Part shown: piece by piece, positions 11,334 to 25,075 of the stretch
How the letters are laid out: every line of letters begins with the position of its first letter
Numbering within the stretch: position 1 is the first letter of the stretch
From: Camelus ferus
Lineage: Eukaryota
Reading direction: 5' to 3'
NCBI RefSeq assembly: GCF_009834535.1
Contig: NC_045696.1
Span: 121,088,001-121,152,000, forward strand
Length of the DNA stretch: 64,000 nucleotides
Position numbers and translations under genes: made by a program
Notes under the pieces: generated by a model
The model's input: only the letters and a program-made list of their open reading frames with translations
Told to the model about the DNA's origin: nothing
Database searches by the model: none

Positions 11334-14284
11334 TACAACAAATAACATAGAAATACAGAACACCATATGAGAATATTATGAAAAACTATATGGAACCAAA
11401 ATGGATAACCTAGAGGAGATGGACAAGTTTCTGGAAACACAGTCCACCAAGACTGAATCAAGAAGAAACTGACTACTTGAACAAACCGATCACTAGAAAT
11501 GAAATCGAATTAGCAATAAAAAAAAAACCTCCCTACAAATAAAAATCCAGGACCAGACAGCTTCACCGGAATATTCTAGCAAACATACAAAGAAGAACTC
11601 ATACCAGCCCTTCTCAAACTCTTCCAGAAGATTGAAAAGGAGGGAATACTCCCAAACTCATTCTATGAAGACACCATCACCCTGATACCAAAACCAGGCA
11701 AAGACACCACCAAAAATAGAATTACAGACCAATATCACTGATGAACATAGATGCAGAAATCCTCACCAAAATATTAGTAAACAGAATCCAACAGCACATA
11801 AAAAAGATGATACATCATGACCAAGTGGGGTTCATCCCATGGACACAAGGGTGGTTCAACATATGCAAATCAATCAATGTAATACATCACATCAACAAGA
11901 GAAAGGACAAAAACCACATGATCATCTCAATAGATGCAGAAAAAGCATTTGATAAAATTCAACAACCATTTATGATAAAAACTCAGACCAAAGTGGATAT
12001 AGAGGGAACATATCTCAACATCATAAAAGCTATATATGACAAACCTGCAGCCAGCATAGCACTCAAGGGTGAAAAACTCAAAACCTTCCCACTAAAATCT
12101 GGGACAAGACAAGGCTGCCTACTCTCACCACTCCTATTCAACATAGTCTTGGAAGTCCTAGCCACAGCGATCAGGCAAGAGAGAGAAATAAAAGGGATCC
12201 AAATTGGAAAAGAAGAGGTAAAATTGTCACTATATGCAGAAGACATGATACTATATATAGAAAACCCTAAAAGGTCCACACAAAAACTACTAGAAATAAT
12301 TGAAGAATTCAGCAAGGTAGCAGGTTACAAGATTAACATTCAAAAATCAGTTGCATTTCTGTACACTAATGATGAATCAACAGAAGAAAGTAAAGAATCA
12401 ATCCCCTTTAAAAAAGCATCCAAAGTAATAAAATAACTAGGAATAAATCTAACCAAGGAGGTGAAAGACTTATACATGGAAAACTATAAAACACTGATGA
12501 AGGAAATTAAAGAAGACCTTAAAAAGTGGAAAGATATTCCATGCTCCTGAATTGGAAGAATCAATATCGTTAAAATGATCACACTGCCCAAGGCAATCTA
12601 CAGATTTAATGCAATCCCTGTCAAATTACCCAGGACATATTTCACAGAACTAGAACAAATCATACTAAAATTTATATGGAACCATGAAAGATCTAGAATT
12701 GCCAAAGCATTACTGAAGAGAAAGAAAGAGGCTGGAGGAATAACTTTCCCAGACTTCAGACAATGCTATAGAGCTACAGTCATCAAAAAGGCATGGTATT
12801 GGTACAAAAACAGACATATAGACCAATGGAACAGAATAGAGAGCCCAGAAATGAACCCACAAACTTTTGGTCAACTTGTCTTTGACAAAGGAGGCAAGAC
12901 TATACAACGGAATAAAGACAGTCTCTTCAGCAAATGATGTTGGGAAAACTGGACAGCAGCATGTGAATCAACAAAGCTAGAACACTCCCTTACACCATAC
13001 ACAAAAATAAACTCAAAATGGATCAAAGACTTAAACATAAGACAAGATACAATAAACGTCCTTGAAGAAAACATAGGCAAAACATTATCTCACATATATA
13101 TCAAAAATGTTCTCCTAGAACAGTCTACTCAAGCAATAGAAATAAAAGCAAGAATATACAAATGGGACCTAATGAAACTTACAAGCTTCTTCACAGCAAA
13201 GGAAACCATAAACAAAACAAAACGACAACCTATGGAATGGGAGAAAATATTTGCAAACAGTGAAACCAACAAAGGCTTGATCTCCAGAATATATAAACAG
13301 CTTATATGCCTTAATAAGAAAGAAACAAACAACCCAATCCAAAAATGGGCAGAAGACCTAAACAAGCAATTCTCCAATGAAGACATACAAATGATCAATA
13401 GGCACATGAAAAAATGCTCCATATCACTAATTATCAGAGAAATGGAAATCAAAACTACAATGAGGTATCACCTCACACCAGTCAGAATGGCCATCATTCA
13501 AAAGTCCACAAATGACAAATGCTGGAGAGGCTGTGGAGAAAAGGGAACCCTCCTACACTGCTGGTGGGAATGCAGTTTGGTGCAGCCACTGTGGAAAACA
13601 GTATAGAGATTCCTCGAAAGACTAGGAATAGACTTACCATAGGACCCAGGAATCCCACTCCTAGGCATATATCCAGAAGGAACCCTACTTCAGGATGACA
13701 CCTGCACCCCAATGTTCATAGCAGCACTATTTACAATAGCCAAGACATGGAAACAGCCTAAATGTCCATCAACAGATGACTGGATAAAGAAGAAGTGGTA
13801 TATTTACACAATGGAATACTATTCAGCCATAAAAAATGACAACATAATTCCATTTGCAGCAACATGGATGCTCCTGGAGAACGTCATTCTAAGTGAAGTA
13901 AGCCAGAAAGAGAAAGAAAAATACCATATGAGATTGCTCATATGTGGAATCTAAAAAAAAGAACATAAATACAAAACAGAAACAGATTCATAGACATAGA
14001 ATACAAACGTGATTGCCAAGGGGGCGAGGGTGGGAAGGGACAGACTGGTATTTCAAAATTTGTAGATACTGACAGGCATATGCAGAATAGATAAACAAGA
14101 TTATACTGTGTAGCACAGGGAAATATATACAAGATCTTGTGGTAGCTCACAGCGAAAAACAAAAGTGACAATGAATATATGTATGTTCATGTAGAACTGC
14201 AAAATTGTGCTCTACACTGGAATTTGACACAACATTGTAAAATGACTATAACTCAATAAAAAAATGTTTAAAATAAAATAAAAT
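11334..14284 (+). mobile_element. Young 5'-truncated L1 (ORF2 RT and C-terminus, disrupted; 3'UTR; A tail)
   Basis: RT ORF 11741-12436 ([15 protein letters not shown]), HCWWEC; 14-bp TSD aaaatgcatttgat at 11320-11333 and 14285-14298. Confidence 0.97.
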
Positions 14285-14384
14285 AAAATGCATTTGATAG
14301 CAATGCTTCAATTTCAGGCAAAAACCTTTCTCCAGTGGTAGAACCAAGAGGGTCCTCAGCCTGACAGTTGTAGGCCTGGCCTGC

Positions 14385-14500
14385 CACCAGCCTGCTGTGT
14401 GACCCAGGGCAAGTCACTGAGTCTCTGGGCTCACATTTCCTCATCTGTGAATGAGGTCACTGAAGGTATCTCTTAGATTCTTTCCTGCTTCAGAATTCTT
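14385..14500. mobile_element. MIR remnant
   Basis: gctgtgtgacccagggcaagtcact...tctgggctcacatttcctcatctgtgaatga core. Confidence 0.65.
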
Positions 14501-14778
14501 CAGCATCTGTAAACACACAAGAGCGTCCCTACCCTGAATACAGAAAATAATGTATATAAATTGCCCATGTTTTTGCTAACATTTTGTTACAAGCATTTTC
14601 AAACATAAATAAAAGTTGAAATGTGGCACAGAGACACCACATACCCACCACCCAGATTCCACCAGTAAGATTTCACTGGACTTGCTCTATCACATTTGTA
14701 TTCATCTTTCCAGCCCTTTGTGTGGCCACCATTCCATCATATTTTGTGATGTAAAAAAATAAAACTAACTTTTTTTTA

Positions 14779-14895
14779 AGGAGAGGGTATAGCTCAGGGG
14801 TAGAGTGCATGGTTAGCATGAACAGGTCCTGGGTTCAATCCCCAGCACCTCCGTTAAATACATAAGTAAATAAACCTAATTACCTACCCCCCATC
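14779..14895 (+). mobile_element. tRNA-derived camelid-type SINE
   Basis: ggagagggtatagctcag (A box), gggttcaatcccc (B box), aaataaacctaattacc tail. Confidence 0.88.
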
Positions 14896-16036
14896 ATAGA
14901 CCCATTCAAACAATATAGAAGAGTAGAAAAAAGCAAAGATGAATAAAGCACCTGTACTATTTATAGAAAACCATTATCATAGTTGTACTAGCTGCTTACA
15001 GTTAATTAAAATTCAATCAAATTGAAGATCTAGTTTCTCGGCCACACGTACCACATTTCAAGCGCCCAGTGGCCGCGTGTCTCCTGGCTGCTGGTGGGGA
15101 CGGCACAGCGTGGACATAAGGCACATCCATCACGGTGGGAGGTTCTAATTGGCAGCCCCGAATAGCCTGCTGGTCTCTCTCCATGGCTTTCTGGGACGGT
15201 GAACAAATACATGTCATTTTATGTGAACGGAATGATACTTTGCGTGCTGGCTTTACCATGGGACTCATTCCTTACCCTCTCTCATCTACAGCTCATTTTT
15301 CTCTTGCCTTGCCCCCTCCCCTCCCTTGTCCTGCAGTGTGCAGGAGCCCTCCTGGGCCCCCACCTCGGCTCTCACATTCTTAGAAAGTTCCTGTCACACG
15401 TGGACGGTCTTGTTGCTGGTCAACACTTTCAGCCAGCCCTCCCGCTTGTCTCAGTTAATAAAATATCATGGGAACCTTCCTAAGCCCATAGCACGGATCT
15501 ACCTTACTCTCACCAGTGGCCTGTGGAGGCCCTCGGCTCAGATGCATGAGGACAGTTTGAGAGACATTCAGCCTCTTTCTCAGGAGTGGGACGGTTGGAT
15601 TGAAAGATATATTTATGTTTAATTTCCCTAGATATTACCAGATTCTAGTCCAAAGGCAAGACTGATGGCCATTTTCTCCAGCAATGAGTGAGTATCTTCT
15701 GCCTTCTCCCCGCCTACTGTCTCCCTGCTGCTCCCAGACACCGCATCCTGGCCAGCGTTAGATGCCATCACACCTGGATTTTTCCAGAATTACACTTGAA
15801 AAGTGGTATCACTCTGCAGGGGCTAAACCACTGTAGACAGGGAGGGCAGCTGTCCAAGGTCCAAGCGATGAAAGATGGAAAAAAAAAGTCAGTTTTAGCA
15901 TCACCACACATAGGCCAGTCCAACAATGTCAGTGATAATGTACCCCTCCCCTCGCAAATCTTCTGTTGGCTTCTGTTCTAAGATGTTGTCATGGGTACTG
16001 TTGAGTTTTAGTATGTGTAAGTTCAAGTTCCAGCTA

Positions 16037-16518
16037 GGATAAAGAAGACACACACACACACACCCCTCAGCCATAAAAAAGAATGAAATAATGCCATTGG
16101 CAGCAACATGGATGGACCTAGAGAATATCATACTAAGTGAAATAAGTCAGAAAGACAAATATGTGATATCACTTATATGTGGAATCTAAAAAAAAAAAAA
16201 AAAGACATAAACTAACTTATTTACAAAACAGAAACAGACTCACAGACATAGAAAACAAACTTACAGTTACCAGTGGGGAGAGGGGGTGGGAAAGGATAAA
16301 TTGGGAGTTTGGGATTTGCAGATATGAACTACTATACATAAAATAGATAAACAAGTTTATACTGTACAGCACAGGGAACTATATTCAATATCTCGTAGTA
16401 ACCAATCATGAAAATATGAAAATGAATATATGTATGTTCACGTTTGACTGAAACATGATACCTTGCACCAGAAATTGATGAAACATTGTAAACTGACTGT
16501 ACTTCAGTTTAAAAAAAA
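16037..16518 (+). mobile_element. L1 3' fragment
   Basis: L1 3'UTR with A tail; TSD aagt(t/c)ccagcta at 16025-16036 and 16519-16530. Confidence 0.85.
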
Positions 16519-17027
16519 AAGTCCCAGCTACAGGACTGGCCTCCGAAGCACACAAACTCAGCCACACGTGCCTGTTTCAAAAGTAAATGATGAGGGTTCC
16601 CCATCTGTCAGCGTAGCTCACTTCCGGTGTGGCTTGTACCCCCACCCTGTGGTCCCACACGTGCCTGTGCTGCCACAGGACGTCAGAATGAAACAGGACA
16701 GCTGGATGCAATGTCTCTCTTTCGAGATTTTTTTAAGAAAATCTTTTCAAACAGAGTCAAAAATCTTTTCAGAGTCAGCCTTGAGTAACGTATCCAGAAG
16801 CACCAAGCTTTAAAATTGTTCCTTGAAGCTCGGTGCACAGAAACTATGGGACAAAGCAACAATTGCAAAAAAAAAAAAAAAAGTAAGGAAATAGACAACT
16901 CCATAGACAGTGGAGTGAAATTGCTGAGAATTACAGGAAACATGGCAGGAGAAATCAGGAGGGTGATCTCTGGACCCCAGGATCGTTCTCACCAGGAGCA
17001 AGACCCTCGTTCTAGAGTAACAGACCA

Positions 17028-17190
17028 GGGGGAGGGTATAGCTCAGGTGGCAGAGCATATGCTTATCATGCACAAGGTCCTGGGTTCAATCCCCAGTCCC
17101 TCCACTAAAAAGAAAAATTTTTAAATAAATAAACCTAATTACATCCCCCTGCTCCCCCCCCCCCCCAAAAACTTTAAAAATAAATAAACA
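17028..17190 (+). mobile_element. tRNA-derived camelid-type SINE
   Basis: ggggagggtatagctcag...gggttcaatcccc...aaataaacctaattac plus C-run and A tail. Confidence 0.9.
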
Positions 17191-18059
17191 AAGCGGTAGA
17201 CTGAATGACATCAGTGTTCGGAATCCAGTCATTTTCTGCAAGTTCAGTACAGGACGAAAACATTCAGAGAATTTACTAGATGGGACAGAAGGTGATGATG
17301 ACTTTCCTGGTGAAAGTACTTCAGTGGGAACGTTCCAGCTCCAGTGACGTCGGAAAAACCTGAAGAAACAAAAGCTGTGGGGAGCACCGCCGTTCCTGAA
17401 ATTCCTTGTGAACTGGGATTTTCACGAATCTGTCAAATTAATCTTTATATTTTAAGACTTTTCCTAATGATTTGTCTGTTAATTCAAGTGAAAGAAAACT
17501 TTCAAAATTAAAATGAATAAAAACTGTCTTCCATAAACTGAGATTGAAAAAACAGATGGACACCTCTGGCTGTTCTGTCCCTTTCACATGAATATGCAGA
17601 TTTTGAACAAATCATTAACATTTGAGGAAGGGAAGGCTCAAACACAAGAACAATAATGGAATTTCATCACTGGGATGGAGTGGGTAATTTTTTTTTCTCT
17701 TTTTCAAAAATTGCATTACAATAATTTAATATATTAATCATTTTTTCCTTCGTTGTCATTTAACATTGATTTAATTAAAATTTTATTTACTGCATAATTA
17801 TACACATGCAGCTCAATCATAGAAACATTACGGTCTGCATTTCCTTCCTGATCATTATTATCATTAGTTTAGTTTTGTGATTATTACTGAAAATCCTTGG
17901 GCAGGTGAGAGGAGGCAGGGGTGTTATAAAATGATCTAAAAGATACAAAATATTTTCTAACAGCTAGAACCAGCCTTGAATAATATACTGATGTACTGAG
18001 CTTTATCATTTTTCCTTGAAGTTCAGTGCACAGAAATTGGATATATCGAAGGGTCTCAG

Positions 18060-18719
18060 TGATGCAGGAAAAACGGATGTGGGGCGTGAGGATGGCCGTG
18101 TCCCAGGTCTCAGTTGAGCCCCTGGGACATGCCCCGCCAACTGTGGGTCCTTGGCTTCAGGCAGGAAAGAATTCAAGAGTGAACCACCGTTGAGTAAAGG
18201 TAGATTTATTCAGAGAGATATATAGTGCAGAGCGTAGGCTGTTTCAGAAGGTGAGAGAAAGGCAAGGAAAAAGGTGTGGAGGTTGGGTTCTCAGGTTAAA
18301 ATAAAAGTAGGTACACACTCCACAGAGTGTGGGCCCTCTCCAGAGAGGACGGAGCGAGAGAGGTGACCACAATGCGCCGTGTTGCCAGTTTTCGTGGGCT
18401 CATTAGCTTCATACACCTACAAGTGGTAGGACCTTTCTAACTACCCTGGGGAGGGGGCTGGGATTCCCAGGAACTGGGCCGCTGCCCACTCTTTGGCCTT
18501 TTGTGGCTAGCCTTGGGACTGTCATGGCACCTGCAGGCATGTTATTCACTATGTTAATATGTTACAATGAGCAAATAATGAAGCTCAAGGTCTGCTAGAA
18601 TCAAACCTCCCACCATCTTAATCCTCAAGGCCAACTGGGAGTTGAACCTTCCACCATTTTGGTGACAACTGCTGTCATTCCTTGAATGGCTGTGCCCTGC
18701 CCCCTTCCCTCCTGACTCA
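18060..18719 (-). mobile_element. Solo ERV LTR (copy A)
   Basis: TG...CA ends; tttatt (minus-strand AATAAA) at ~18205; homologous to 18987-19419. Confidence 0.75.
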
Positions 18720-18986
18720 CTCCAACCTCCCCACCCCTGTCTTTCACACAACGATCTGTCTGCATGTGCTTTGAATTTCTGAACTAAAAAACAGCCAGCA
18801 GAGGTGATAATCAGCAACTGTGGCTCTCCCTGTCCCCTGCCAGGTGAAGACGGAACGAGACTCCGGCCGTCTGAGCCCAGTGGAGGGCTGACACCAGAAT
18901 GCAACCCTGCATGACATCAGGATGTAGCAAAGTTTGGGATTTTGCTTTGTTCACACATCTGAACACCACTTTAAATAGGTTGAAGC

Positions 18987-19419
18987 CGATATAGGAAAAA
19001 ATGTGGGGCGAGAGGATGGCCATGTCCCAGGTCTTGGTCGAGTCCCTGGGATGCGCCCCGCCAAGTGTATAGGTGAGTAAAAGCAGGTTCATTCAGAGAG
19101 ATGCACACTCCATAGACAGAGCACAGACCATCTCTGAAGGGGAGCGAGAGACAGAGACGGGGACTCCTAGGAACTGGGCCACCACCCTCCCTCTGACCTT
19201 TCATGGTCAGCCTGGGAGCTGTCCTGGCGCCTGTGGGAGTGTCATTCACCAGGCTCATACGTTAGGTGTGTGTAATGAAGCTCAGGGTCCATTGGAGGGC
19301 TACTCTCCTGCCATCTTGGGCCTCAGGGTCCACTGGGAGTTGACTTTTCCGCCACCTTAGTGTTAATGGCTGTGTCATTTCTTGAATGGCTGTGCCCTGC
19401 TCCCTTCTTTCCTGTCTCA
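18987..19419 (-). mobile_element. Solo ERV LTR (copy B, shorter)
   Basis: Same family as 18060-18719 (atgtggggcg..gaggatggcc; cttgaatggctgtgccctgc); 4-bp TSD aagc at 18983-18986 and 19420-19423. Confidence 0.78.
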
Positions 19420-21699
19420 AAGCCAATACAATGCGATAAGCAAAAGAAATGAAAGGAATCCAGTTTGGAAAGGAAATTGTTTTATTTGCACAGAACATAA
19501 TTCTCTTTGTAGAATATCCTATGGACTCACCAGCAAAGCGACCAGGACTAATATTGCATTTGGCGGGAGAAAAGGGGGTGGCGAAGCCACTCCCAGCCCC
19601 GCAGAACGTTTTTGACACAGCAGCTGAAAGTGACAATTTAAGGCACAGAAAACTGGTGGAGATACAACAGGATAAAGATAAGTCATTCTTTTTCCTGTCA
19701 GAAGTTAGAGTACATCAACTAAAAAAAGAAAAGTTTGCGAAGTCTGAAGATCCAGACTTCAGAGGAGAGGTAAGCAGAAGGAACTTAGACTTTGAGTGAC
19801 CTCCACCAACACTGAAAAAGAGACAGACAGCCCTAAATTCAAGTATTTATGAGGAAAAACTTGAGAGGGCAGATGTGAAGTCAATCAATAAATATAAATT
19901 AAGAAAAGGAGGTCACTACTTTGACAAGGCCTCCCATCTCAGAGGTGCCTGGGGTGGGTCTGAACCCAGGGTGGCCTTTTCTTTTCGCTTGAGACAGCTG
20001 CTGCCCGCCCCCCCCCCCCACCCTGGGGAAGACCGCCTTCCGGGGGGATCAGCCTGGAGTCTGGGTGGCAAGTGGACAGTGCAAGCGGTGGAGGGGCCGT
20101 CACTGACCCGCTCTCCGTCCCTGTAGGTGGTAAACAGGTGGGGGAGGGATGTCTGTTTTGATGGGGCCCGAGAGACTCAGAGCCGCGTCCTGTGCCCACC
20201 TGCCCAGCAGCGCGGAAGAACTGACCGGGTTCACTCCCCGGGGCGGAGGGGGGGCTGTGGCTAGGCCCTGGGGAGAAGCAGGCTTGAGGGCTGACAGCTA
20301 AGAAGTCCCCGTGTTTTTCTCCCTCCAGGTGACTCCCTGTCGAGGTTCCCATTAGCAGGCGGGGCCTGGTCCCAGGAAGCACTGCTGTCTGGGGAGGGAA
20401 AGGCGAGGTCCTGGCCAGCCCTTCACACGTGTGACTCCCTCCAGCCCTCAGAACCTTCTCCGAGGCTCTCCCAGCTCAGCTCCCCAAGGCTGAGGCTAAG
20501 GTGGGGGTGGGAGGCAGGGCCAGCCCCTGCCCCAGAGAGTCCTCCTGCCCGTGCACACACACATACACATGTGTAACACACACGTGTACACACACACACA
20601 CATTCGTTCTCCCTTGTGATTTGGGGTGGGCAGTGTCTCTCTGCAATTAGATGTTTGTTTGTTTTTTACAGTTCTTCCTTTTTTTTCTTTTTTTTTTTTT
20701 TTAATTCATGTGCCTAAGTAAGATGTGGCAATGAGGATTCTGTAAGTGATTTGGTCAGAAGAGGCCTGGGCTCTGCAGGTCCCAGGTGCAGGCTCGGCTG
20801 TTGCAGAAGCCGGGACATCGAGCTGGGGGCACCCGGCCTGTTTGTATCAGTTGGACCCAGTGCCAAGTGGGTGTCCAAGCCCTCTGCAGGCCTGGCCTTC
20901 TGAGTTCTCGGGGAGACGATGGAAGGCACGTGTTCCTCCCAGTGCCTGCTTGCTCTGATTGCCTGTTTCTGCTGATGTCTGGATCCCACTGGATCCGGTG
21001 GCCGTTTTCTCCTCTGGGGAATGCATCCCCCACCCCAGGCCCAGCCTCCTTCCCCCACCACAGCCAACGCCACTCACACTCGTGGGCTGGCTTTGCAACT
21101 GAAGATTGCAGGTGGCCGTTGGTCCAGGTCAGGGGGGCTGTGGGCCAGCCTGGCAGGTCAGTTCACACCGGACATCGAGGATCCTCGCTCTGAGAGGCCC
21201 CCCCAGCCCCAGCTGCCATCTAGGGCCCGCCCTCACTGTCCCCTGCCCCGTCCAGCCTGACCCCCTCTCCATTCCTCCCCACCTTCTCCATGGCCCCGGC
21301 CCTTCACCCCTTCCCCTGGGCACCCAAAGAAGCTCCAGATTCTTCCAACTTAACAAGTGGGCAGTTCCATTTCCAGTCATGCCCTGGTCTGAGCCAGGGC
21401 CTGTGTTGAGGGCCTACCTCCTTCCCTGACCAGAATACATGCATACAAACACATAGAAGCAAGTACTGAGCGCCGTCTGTATTGCCTCGAGACCTCCCCG
21501 TGCCTGGTATTCAGGAACAAGCGTGATTTTAGCCCCTGCTGCTCCGAGGAGGTTTCTGTGGCCCAGAAAAAGTCTCAGGATTGAAGGCCATGGGCAAAGG
21601 AGTCACACCTCTGCCTCTGGCCCAGGGCGAGCACTCTGTGCACCCTCCTCACACAGGACACCTCACTTCTGTCACTTTTGGTCCCCCGGTGTCCAAGCG

Positions 21700-22975
21700 G
21701 TCTTCCTTCACCAGGTAATTCTCTGGGATGCCAGCGGCGTGTTGGATGATCCACTTTGACTCTGACACTAACTGGAGTTGGCGGTTAGCACAGACCCCCA
21801 GGTTGGGGTCTCCGTCCATCAAGATTGTCCCCTGCATCCCAGATGCCGGTCCCAAGGTCCCTGGTTACTCACAACTTCCTTCCAACCTGCCTGTAAATCG
21901 AAGATTCCCACAGGTCCTTCCCTGGGTTCCATCATTCTTTAGAACAGCTCCCTGAACTCGGGGAGACGCTTACGTTTACAGCTTATCACATCATGGAGGA
22001 TGTGATACAGGGACAGAGGAATGGCCAGGTGGGGAGACACACAGGGCGAGGTCTCAGAGGGTCCCAGGTGCAGGGACTTCTGCCCCTGGGGAGCTCAGGT
22101 GGGTGGGGCCCAGCACAGGCCGCCCCAAGTATGCCCCGATGGAATTTCTGTTGTCTTGAATTAAAGGTACTTAAGAAACAGCTGGTACAGGAGGGACGGT
22201 GACCCTCCTCTCTGTCCCCTGAAAGCAGGGAATAAGCCTCCCACGGGAAAGGTGCCCTCCCTGTACCCAGAGCTACAGAGACGCTCGTCAGCAGAGGCAG
22301 GGAATTCAGGGCTGGGAAGCCTCTATAAACTAGCCCTGCTGCTTCTCTGTTTACTAAGCACCCAGACCTCGGCTCCTCTGCCGGTCACGTCCTCTCAAAT
22401 TTGCTGTTTCTTTGTCTGTAATGAACACAAACTGCCTGCTTTGGCCACTTTATAAATCTCATTTCTATGAGACCTCCGTGTTTACTACTTAAACTGTTTC
22501 TTTTCCCCCAGTTCATCTGTCTTGTGTTAATTTTATTACAAGTCCAGCCACGAGCACCCATGAGAGGTAGAGGGGAAATTTCCCCTCCCGCATGGGTGTG
22601 CCACCCCCGGCACCTGGGCCTGTTCTCTGAGCCAGAAGTTCCTGCGCAATTGGGATTTTTACATAACTTCATCGTGTCACTGGGAGCAGTCTCCAGTCTC
22701 CTCCCTCTCTGGAGGTGGGGCGGGGCTGAAGGTTCTGAGTGTCTAACCAAGGTCTGGTCTTCCTGGTGACCAGCCCCACCCAGGAGCCCACCCTGAGTTC
22801 CTGTCCCCCAGGGAATTCCCAGGGATGTGGGAGGTTGGTGTCAGGAACCAGGGTCAAAGACAAAATATGAGAACAAAAGACTCTCCTTATACCCCTACTT
22901 ACGAGGATTTCAGGAGCTCTGTGTCAGAATCTTGGGGTAGGGCCCAATGTGTATATTTCTTATGATTTCACATTC
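21700..22975. mobile_element. MER21-like LTR with a nested MER34-like LTR (~22120-22592)
   Basis: tctgacactaactggagtt...; nested ccccaagtatgccc...gagaggtagaggggaaatttcccctcccgca; ggttctgagtgtctaaccaaggtctggtcttcctggtgaccagcccc resumes after it. Confidence 0.55.
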
Positions 22976-23040
22976 TGGATGCAGAGAGACCCAGCTTTGC
23001 GTCTTGGCCTCACTACGTGCCTGTTTTGTGACCTTGGGCA

Positions 23041-23558
23041 TGTTACCGAGTCCAAACTCGTTCTGCTCACTGCACGACAGGCAAATAAATCGGGAGATGA
23101 GGTGTTGGAGCAAGGAAGAGCGACTTTATTCCGAAAGCTGGCAGACCAAGAGGATGGTAGACTAATGTCTTGGTGAACCATCTCACTCAAGTCAAAATTC
23201 AGGCTCCTTTTACACTCAAAAGGGGAGGGGGTGTGGTTGGTTGTTGCAAACTTCTTGGTGTAGGAATCCTTTGTTCTTGCAGCCATCCACGTGGGTCACT
23301 TCATGGTGCCCCTGTAAAACCTCCAATAAAACAAATGTTATTTTGTATTTTGCAACTTGTTATCTCTATGTAAGTGAAAAAGTGTTAATATCCTTAAAGG
23401 GCAGAGCCTTGAGAATAGGCTCTCCTGTATATTTCAGGCTAAAGGCAACGTTGTTTTGCAAAAGGTGCAGAGCCAGCAAGCCTAAGCCTAGAAAACAGGG
23501 CACAGGTTTAAAGCCAAACAGATCTGATACCGAATCAGACTTGTTCTTTTCTGTTACA
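23041..23558 (-). mobile_element. Solo ERV1-like LTR
   Basis: tgttaccgag...ctgttaca termini; tttatt at ~23125; no TSD found. Confidence 0.65.
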
Positions 23559-25075
23559 CTACTTCTTAAAATTCCAGTGTAGTTTGTACATTGACGTTAT
23601 ATCTCAATTCGGACCAGACACACTTCAAACATTCAAGAGTCGCATGTGGCTTGTTCTTTGGAAAGTACAACCTTAGAGAGTTGTTTTGAAGATTAGATTA
23701 TAGGTAACAGGTGAAGTGATTAGCCTGGCTCTGGACATCTTAGCTGTAATTATTGTCACTGATGCAATAAAGCCAGAAATGAGAGGCATGTTATCTAGAG
23801 TAAGGCTGGGATGAATCTTCCAGAAAGAGTAAAATATTAATTAATGCCTAAAAGAGTCCAGAGGGAGTTCTGGGCTGCCAGGTGTAATGGCTCCATAAAT
23901 ATCCATTAGATTAAATTTGTTAATCGTGTTGCTCAGATTCTCTCTGTCCTCATTGATTTTTGTCGGCTTCTTCCTAATAGAGGTGCGTTAACATTTTCTA
24001 CTATAGTCATTGATTTGTGATTTTTTCCCTTGGTATTTTATTTTCACATGCTTTATCTATTTTGAAGTTAAATTGTTAGGAACGTACCATTTCATGGTAT
24101 AGCAATCCATTCTGGTTTCCTTTGTGCCTGTTTTTATTTTGTCATTTCTTGCCATGTTGAAAGAAACTTACAGTTTTAGTCATCTCCGAGCATCCCAAAC
24201 ACATTAAGATCTTTGTTGGGCTGTTTATAACTTTCCTATGGAAAGAATTCATTCTGATTGTTGGTTGTTTGGGCTCTTCCTTAACATTGGATTTCTCTTT
24301 ATGTTAAAACTATAACATGAAATTTTTCTAAAAGAATTTTCGTTTTGAATGGGAGATATTTTGTTTATTGACCCTTAAAAGTGTATTTTCTCTCTTTCTG
24401 CCTCATTGCTCATGTGTCTCCATCCGAGGGTTTTTGTAGTCACTTCTGCCTGGCTCCTGGACCCTTCGTTCAGAATGATTTCAAAAGGTGTTCATCTCTG
24501 GTGATAACAGAGGCTTTGCAAATCCACTTACTGAGCCAGGAGGAACTTGGTTTCCCTCTTGGCTATAGCATTTAGACTGTGGTCTCCCACATCCCCGGAC
24601 CAGTAAATGCCACCGGCAACAATGGTTGGTTGGTTTTCTCTCTTGTCTTCATGTGACGAGGACATGGGGAGGGCGGACCCCTCCTCTGGCTTCACGTAAA
24701 CCTTGCCTTTGGTCCCCCTCTTGGGCCAAGCATTTTGGCTCCTTTAACTCACTGCCATGATTCTTTTTCTCATCCACGTCTTAGGAGGCTTGTCCCCTGC
24801 TTTATATATATATTTTTCATTTTCTGGTTTATTGTTGTGGAATCTGGCTCTGTCAATTTACATATCTCATCTGTCATGGTTATGTTTTGAAACAGAAACG
24901 TGATCTCATTTCACTTTGCAGACGAGAGGTCCCAACTTGGTATTTTTAGTATGACTCTCTGTTATGTATTCCTCTGAGTGTGCAAGCTCTTTGGGGCTTT
25001 GAATGACCCGATGTGGTCTTCCCAGAATTAGCACAATGTCCAGACATGGGAGAGGCTCGTCCATAAATGTGGGGT

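Larger units (their letters stand above)
15818..17978 (+). mobile_element. Zaphod/MER115-like hAT-Tip100 DNA transposon fossil, interrupted by an L1 and a SINE
   Basis: Decayed hAT dimerisation motif (ERNFSKLK*IKTV-like, ~17488-17540); terminal-like segments at both ends. Confidence 0.6.

Noticed and set aside
20100..20360. Good plus-strand acceptors at 20125-20126 and 20327-20328 as coding exons
   Set aside because: No strong paired donor; phase-0 reading from 20329 stops after 8 codons; could only be non-coding or terminal
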